Assembly (NCBI GenBank): GCA_024654025.1
Contig: JANLIR010000005.1
Span: 1,174-65,173, forward strand
DNA: 64,000 nt
Source: Candidatus Wolfebacteria bacterium
Lineage (GTDB): Bacteria > Patescibacteriota > Minisyncoccia > UBA6257 > UBA9933
Direction: 5' to 3'
The position numbers and the translations under genes are program-made. The notes below the pieces were generated by a model that was not told where the DNA came from, did not search any database, and worked only from the letters and a program-made list of their open reading frames with translations. Below are positions 59,026 through 64,000 of the stretch, piece after piece. Numbering within the stretch: the first letter of the stretch is position 1; the number at the start of each line of letters is the position of its first letter.

Positions 59026-59667
59026 TTATCTAAATATCACAATCGCTCCCTTGCCTTCTTTCTTTTTTGCCAGATACATTGCTTTGTCCGATTTTTCCAA
59101 AAGTTTAATCATATCGGCGATGATTTTACCCTCTTGATTTTTTGCCGCAATTACCCCGAAGCTGGCGCTCGGTTTTATTCCCGGCATTCCTTTTAATTTT
59201 GCGCGCGATAAGGCAGTTTTAATTTTTTTCGCCACCGCTTCAGCTTCATTGATGTCAGTATCTATCAGCCCCACAACAAACTCGTCGCCTCCCCATCTGC
59301 CAACTATATCTATATCGCGCAAAGTTTTTTTAAAAATATCGGCGGAAATTTTTATATACTTATCGCCGGCTTTATGACCATACCTATCGTTTAGTTTCTT
59401 TAAATTATCGAGGTCAATAAAAATAATTGAAAAATTTCTAATGGCGAATTTTCTCCTTTCTCTGCCTCCTTTAAAAAATTTTTCGCTGTCTTTCAATAAA
59501 TCCACAAACCTTTCCGCTTCCCGTAAAAACCCTTGTCTATTATAAAGACCGGTTAAAAAATCATAGTCCGCCAAAGATTTTAATTTTTCTATCTCTTTTT
59601 CCTGATTCTCGGACATTTTTTTCAATCGCAGTATTTCGCTCTTTAATTCAAATATTTTTTTATCCAT
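59026..59667 (-). CDS. Diguanylate cyclase (coiled coil plus GGDEF)
   Basis: DFLTGLYNR, ND-GH-GD, RxxD I-site, GGDEF. Confidence 0.93.
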   Translation of the reverse strand: MDKKIFELKSEILRLKKMSENQEKEIEKLKSLADYDFLTGLYNRQGFLREAERFVDLLKDSEKFFKGGRERRKFAIRNFSIIFIDLDNLKKLNDRYGHKAGDKYIKISADIFKKTLRDIDIVGRWGGDEFVVGLIDTDINEAEAVAKKIKTALSRAKLKGMPGIKPSASFGVIAAKNQEGKIIADMIKLLEKSDKAMYLAKKKEGKGAIVIFR

Positions 59668-60563
59668 TACTTTATTTCCATTCCCTTTAACGCCGCAATT
59701 CGTTCTTCAATAGGAGGATGTGTCATAAAAAGCTTAGCAAATCCACCTATTTTTTTGCCTTTGAACGGATTATCCAGCCACAAATGAGCCGTGGTGTTGT
59801 TGGCAACCGCCATTGGGATATTAGCTCCTGAAATTTTTTCAAGCGCGTTTGCCAATCCTTCCGGATAACGGGTCAAAAGCGCGCCATCGGTGTCAGCCAA
59901 AAATTCCCGCTTTCTGGAAATCGCCATCTGTATCAAAATCGCGGCAATAGGCGCCAGTATCGCCAAAGCGATTCCGATTATAAAAAACAATCCACCCCCT
60001 TCCCTGTCATCGTTCCTCCTAAAACCGCCGAAAAGCGACGATCTCATAAAAATATCCGAGGCGATAGAAATAAATCCCACCAAAACCACGACAGCGGTTG
60101 ATAAAAGCATATCTCGATTTCCAACGTGTGAAAGTTCGTGAGCTAACACTCCTTCAAGCTCTGACCTGTCCATAATTTCTAAAAGTCCTTCAGTTACTGC
60201 CACAACGGCGTGTTTAGGATCTCTGCCGGTAGCAAAAGCATTTGGTTGTTTTTCCTTAACCAAATAGATTCTGGGCATCGGCAGTCCCGCGGTAATCGCC
60301 AAATTTTCTATAATATTATAAAGTTCAGGCGCGTCTTTTTTTTCTATCAATTGAGCTCTTGCCATCGAAAGCACAATTTTATCCGAATACCAATATGCCA
60401 AAATATTCATAAAAACGCTGAAAATCACCGCGAAATATAAAATTCCCGGGCTTCTATAAGCTTGCGCGAAAACCCAGCCAAAGCCGATAACGACAATCAA
60501 AAATAAAGTGAATAACAGCCAAGTTTTTCGGATATTCGAATCTTTTTGAGTATAAAGAGTCAT
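59667..60563 (-). CDS. htpX: Zn metalloprotease HtpX
   Basis: NAFATG, HELSH, SRKREFLAD, THPP. Confidence 0.96.
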   Translation of the reverse strand: MTLYTQKDSNIRKTWLLFTLFLIVVIGFGWVFAQAYRSPGILYFAVIFSVFMNILAYWYSDKIVLSMARAQLIEKKDAPELYNIIENLAITAGLPMPRIYLVKEKQPNAFATGRDPKHAVVAVTEGLLEIMDRSELEGVLAHELSHVGNRDMLLSTAVVVLVGFISIASDIFMRSSLFGGFRRNDDREGGGLFFIIGIALAILAPIAAILIQMAISRKREFLADTDGALLTRYPEGLANALEKISGANIPMAVANNTTAHLWLDNPFKGKKIGGFAKLFMTHPPIEERIAALKGMEIK

Positions 60564-60653
60564 ACAATATTTACTTTACACAAAAAACAAAAACTAAACA
60601 ACGTGTTATTATTGTTTAGTTTTTATTAATTCAAGGCTAGTGGTTTACGGCCG

Positions 60654-61409
60654 TTATTTAATCTCGTAAGTAATATTGACGTTTACGGTTATCTCTTGAG
60701 TTCCCGGCTGAATTGACGGCGCAACCGAAGCAACTCCCCCACCCATACCTATTGATTTTTCAGCTCCATAATAAGGAATTGGCCCGTTTTGATATTCGCT
60801 AAGGTTTATAATCCTGCCCAAAGAAACCCCATTTTTACCAGTCATTTCTTGAGCTTTTGTTTTTACTTTATCAAACGCCTTATCTCTTGCTTCTTTTAAG
60901 AATTTTTCTTGATCATCGACTTCAAAAGAAATACTTCCGATTTGATTAATGCCTAATTCAGGAAGTCCGGCCAAAACAACAGCGACTTTATTTAAATCCC
61001 TAACTTTCACTTGAACAGATTGAGTCAATTTGTATCCGGAAAGATATTGCTTCCTTGTTTTTTCATCATAAACATAGTTCGGCTCAAGACTATAAGAAGT
61101 GGTTTTAATGTCTTTAGCGTCAACGCCCTGTGATTTGATAAAATCAATCGCTTTATTAATTTTTGCGTTATTGTCATTGGCAATTTTTGCCGGATCAGAG
61201 CCTTCGTTTACAACCGAAAAAGAAAATTTGGCGACATCCGGAGAAACCGTCACTTTACCTTCTGCCGAAACATTTATAGTCCGAGAAGGATACAACGAAT
61301 CCATATATTTTCTCGCTGGCCCCCAAACAACCGAGTAAATAACGATCAAAGTCAGCACTCCTAAAAATCCTGCTATCGCGCTATTTTTTACTTGTGAATT
61401 GTCATTCAT
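60654..61409 (-). CDS. SIMPL (DUF541) protein
   Basis: EGKVTVSPD, DIKT-P-Y, IQPG. Confidence 0.9.
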   Translation of the reverse strand: MNDNSQVKNSAIAGFLGVLTLIVIYSVVWGPARKYMDSLYPSRTINVSAEGKVTVSPDVAKFSFSVVNEGSDPAKIANDNNAKINKAIDFIKSQGVDAKDIKTTSYSLEPNYVYDEKTRKQYLSGYKLTQSVQVKVRDLNKVAVVLAGLPELGINQIGSISFEVDDQEKFLKEARDKAFDKVKTKAQEMTGKNGVSLGRIINLSEYQNGPIPYYGAEKSIGMGGGVASVAPSIQPGTQEITVNVNITYEIK

Positions 61410-61416
61410 AATACAA

Positions 61417-62211
61417 TTAATTTATTTTATTAGTTAATTCGACTATTTTTTTAAATTCTTTTGCATTTAGACTCGCGCCACCGACCAAAGCGCCGTCAAT
61501 CTCGTTATGCTGTAAAAACCCTTTAATATTTTTGCTATCCACCGAGCCGCCATATAATACTCTAGGAGTTAGTAGTTGGTAATTAGTAATTAGTAGTTTT
61601 TTAATATATTTAATTGTTTCCAGGGCGGTTTCAGGGGTTGCCGAAATGCCGGTGCCTATCGCCCAAATCGGTTCGTAAGCAATAATCAATTTATTGCTCA
61701 ATAATTTTCCTTTTAAACCCTTTAAATCTTTCTGTAATTGATTTTTAACAAAATCCATTGCGGCTTTTTTGCCTTTTTTTCTAATTTCTAACGGCTCCCC
61801 CACGCAAAGAATCACTTTTAAACTCTCTTTTAACGCGGCTATAACTTTTTTGTTTATCATCTCGTCGGTTTCAGCCGCATATTTACGACGTTCAGAATGG
61901 CCGATTATGGCGTAATCCACGTACAAATCTTTAAGCATCTTCGGCGAAATCTCACCGGTGTAAGCCCCTTCAGTCGCCCAAAAAATATTTTGGGCTCCAA
62001 TTTTCAATTTTATCTGCCCCGTAGCAAGCGTGCTTTGCTTCGGGGAATTTTTAATTTTTAATAATTCGGATAAATAAATAAACGGAGGAACGATTACAAT
62101 TTCCGCATTTTTTGCTTGTAGTCTGTAGTTTGTAGTAGCTGAAAAAAGCTCTTTGGCTTTTTTCAGCGTCGGCGGGTTCATCTTCCAGTTGGCAATAATA
62201 AGTTTTTTCAT
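61417..62211 (-). CDS. tpiA: Triosephosphate isomerase with repeat-derived insertions
   Basis: ANWKMN, GHSERR, AYEPIWAIGTG, YGGSV, LVGGAS. Confidence 0.98.
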   Translation of the reverse strand: MKKLIIANWKMNPPTLKKAKELFSATTNYRLQAKNAEIVIVPPFIYLSELLKIKNSPKQSTLATGQIKLKIGAQNIFWATEGAYTGEISPKMLKDLYVDYAIIGHSERRKYAAETDEMINKKVIAALKESLKVILCVGEPLEIRKKGKKAAMDFVKNQLQKDLKGLKGKLLSNKLIIAYEPIWAIGTGISATPETALETIKYIKKLLITNYQLLTPRVLYGGSVDSKNIKGFLQHNEIDGALVGGASLNAKEFKKIVELTNKIN

Positions 62212-62225
62212 ATTCCTCGTTTAAT

Positions 62226-62606
62226 TTAACCAGAATTTGCCGATTTTTTCCAGTTATAGTAAGCGCGTTCAATATCTGCCATATGGACTTCATCGATATG
62301 ACCAAGTTCGGAAAACACTTTTGACGCTTTCTCTTCCGCCATTAAAACTATATTTATTCTTATCTCGTCGCTCGGATACTCAATTGCATTGGTAATCAGA
62401 TAAATACATTCCTTGGCTAAATCGGGCGGAATTTGGCTAGGCTCGTCCAAAACTTCCACGATTCGGCGGGCTATCTGCCAATTTTCCGTTTCTTGGGGTT
62501 TTGCGCCGTGAATTAATTCAAACGCCTTTACTAAACTTTCATTGACTATTTTTTTCTGTTCCGGCTTTTTATTTTCTTTTTTGTTGCCGAAGAAATTTTT
62601 TTCCAT
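62226..62606 (-). CDS. Hypothetical protein
   Basis: 126-aa ORF packed between murD and tpiA. Confidence 0.7.
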   Translation of the reverse strand: MEKNFFGNKKENKKPEQKKIVNESLVKAFELIHGAKPQETENWQIARRIVEVLDEPSQIPPDLAKECIYLITNAIEYPSDEIRINIVLMAEEKASKVFSELGHIDEVHMADIERAYYNWKKSANSG

Positions 62607-62607
62607 A

Positions 62608-64000
62608 TTAATTAAAATATTTTTTTACCAATTTGTTAAATTTATTTCCCCGGTCAAATTCGTTTTTAAATTTTTCAAAACTTGCCGCCGCGGGCGAAAA
62701 AACAATTACTCCTTTTTTAACTTTAGAAAGTTTCCGAATGATTTCTTCAAGTGTGTCGTGTAGATGCTTTTCACCGGATTTTTTAAAATAACCAATCTTA
62801 TTGAGGCATGAGATTAATTCCAATGTGGCGCTGCCTTTAAGCAAAAATAGATTCCGGGGCAGGATATTTTTTTTAATATATCCGGCTAAACCAGAAAAAT
62901 CCAAATCCTTGTCAGTGCCTCCGCAAATCAAAAAAAATCTATTTTTAAATCTTTTAAATCTTTCAATCGCGGCAATTGTGCCATCAGGACTGGTAGCGGC
63001 GGAGTCATTGACAATCAAAAAGGATTTATTTTTCAAAACAATTTCCTCCCGAAAAGCAATGACTGGCAAATTGTTGATTTTGGTCGTTAAAGTTTCCCAT
63101 GATTCCCCGCTTAAATAGGCTACCAGAATGGATGCCAATAGATTATGTTTTTGATGGGGGCTTAAATTTTTAACTGCGACAATATTTTTTTTGTCGCCGT
63201 TTTCTTGAAAAAATATCTTTTCTCCCCTGAAAAAAACTCCGTTTTTCTCTGGCGGCAACGATTTTAACGAAAAAAAGTACAAGCGGCTTTTAGGTTTTTC
63301 CTTCAGAAAAAAGTTTAAATTTTTATCGTCATTGTTAAGTATAAGGAAATCGCCTCTGGTCTGGCCGGAAAAAATCAGGGACTTAATTCGGCCGTATTTC
63401 ACCATAGTTTTGTAGCGGTTTAGATGATCTTGAAAAAGATTTGTAATAACAGCAATGTGCGGAGCTATTGTGGGGGTCTTTTTATCCAGATATTCAAGCT
63501 GATAAGAAGAAAGTTCAAGCACCGCCGGCTTATCGTTTTTTATCTCATCAATAATATTCAAAAGGCCCTTGCCGGGAATATTGCCCCCAAGAACGGCGGG
63601 GGAAAGAAAGTGAGCCGTCCAATTGGCAACTGTAGTTTTACCCCTTGTTCCCGTGATACCGATAAATTTTCCTGGCCGGTTACGAAAAGATAATAATTTC
63701 AAAAAAAGGGTGTAGTCGTTGTATATTTCCTTGCCAAATTTTTTGGCTTTTTTTACCCAGACGCTGAAAGCGCTGACCGCCGGATTAAAAACGATTATAT
63801 CGCTATTTTTGAAATCCCGATCGTCATGCCCACCCAAGCGAAATCTCATCTTGAATTTTTTAAGCTTGTTCAGCGATTTTCTCAACTCCTTATTTGTCCG
63901 CAGATCGGTAATGGCGAGATTGACGTTGTTTTTTAATAAAAATTTAGCAGTGCCGACACCGCCGCCTAATTGTCCCAAACCGACCAAAAGAACTTTTTTA
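62608..64000 (-). CDS. murD: UDP-MurNAc-L-Ala--D-Glu ligase, 5' end beyond window
   Basis: GLG, ITGTRGKTT, ELSSYQL, DHL, NDS, GG-DK, SPAAASF, RG. Confidence 0.95.
   Translation of the reverse strand, partial: KKVLLVGLGQLGGGVGTAKFLLKNNVNLAITDLRTNKELRKSLNKLKKFKMRFRLGGHDDRDFKNSDIIVFNPAVSAFSVWVKKAKKFGKEIYNDYTLFLKLLSFRNRPGKFIGITGTRGKTTVANWTAHFLSPAVLGGNIPGKGLLNIIDEIKNDKPAVLELSSYQLEYLDKKTPTIAPHIAVITNLFQDHLNRYKTMVKYGRIKSLIFSGQTRGDFLILNNDDKNLNFFLKEKPKSRLYFFSLKSLPPEKNGVFFRGEKIFFQENGDKKNIVAVKNLSPHQKHNLLASILVAYLSGESWETLTTKINNLPVIAFREEIVLKNKSFLIVNDSAATSPDGTIAAIERFKRFKNRFFLICGGTDKDLDFSGLAGYIKKNILPRNLFLLKGSATLELISCLNKIGYFKKSGEKHLHDTLEEIIRKLSKVKKGVIVFSPAAASFEKFKNEFDRGNKFNKLVKKYFN

Noticed and set aside
944-63693. 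Many short antisense or overlapping ORFs in the six-frame track
   Set aside because: They are shadow frames of well-supported genes with no recognisable motifs
1-64000. Alternative genetic code 25
   Set aside because: Core genes are uninterrupted in code 11, and several (cysS, scpB, pgk, thyA) end at TGA

Overview
AT-rich chromosomal window, genetic code 11, most consistent with a Patescibacteria/CPR (Parcubacteria-like) genome. This is inferred from the gene set, the CPR-type pilin and VirB4-like genes, and the scarcity of Shine-Dalgarno (SD) sites. It is mostly housekeeping: recR, dnaB, cysS, mraY, pgk, typA, fmt, def, gltX, murG, ftsW, secA, thyA-folA, groESL, tpiA, murD, rnpB. It also holds a minor pilin cluster and a SipW/TasA-like fibre operon. 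The most unusual signal is two independent nested tRNA loci, each with an intact tRNA inside the interruption of a split tRNA of the same anticodon. At 17788-18003, tRNA-Gly(CCC) is interrupted by a hairpin MITE-like element with a 4-bp target duplication, and that element carries a second tRNA-Gly(CCC). At 25698-26208, tRNA-Gln(CTG) is interrupted by two small palindromes plus a cassette with a GIY-YIG nuclease gene and an intact tRNA-Gln(CTG). Related palindromic elements and 7-nt tandem repeats also sit inside rnpB, rplU, tpiA and pgk. Two candidate unannotated ncRNAs and an 18-aa Lys/Arg-rich micro-ORF were also found. All calls were made by eye; no database searches were run.
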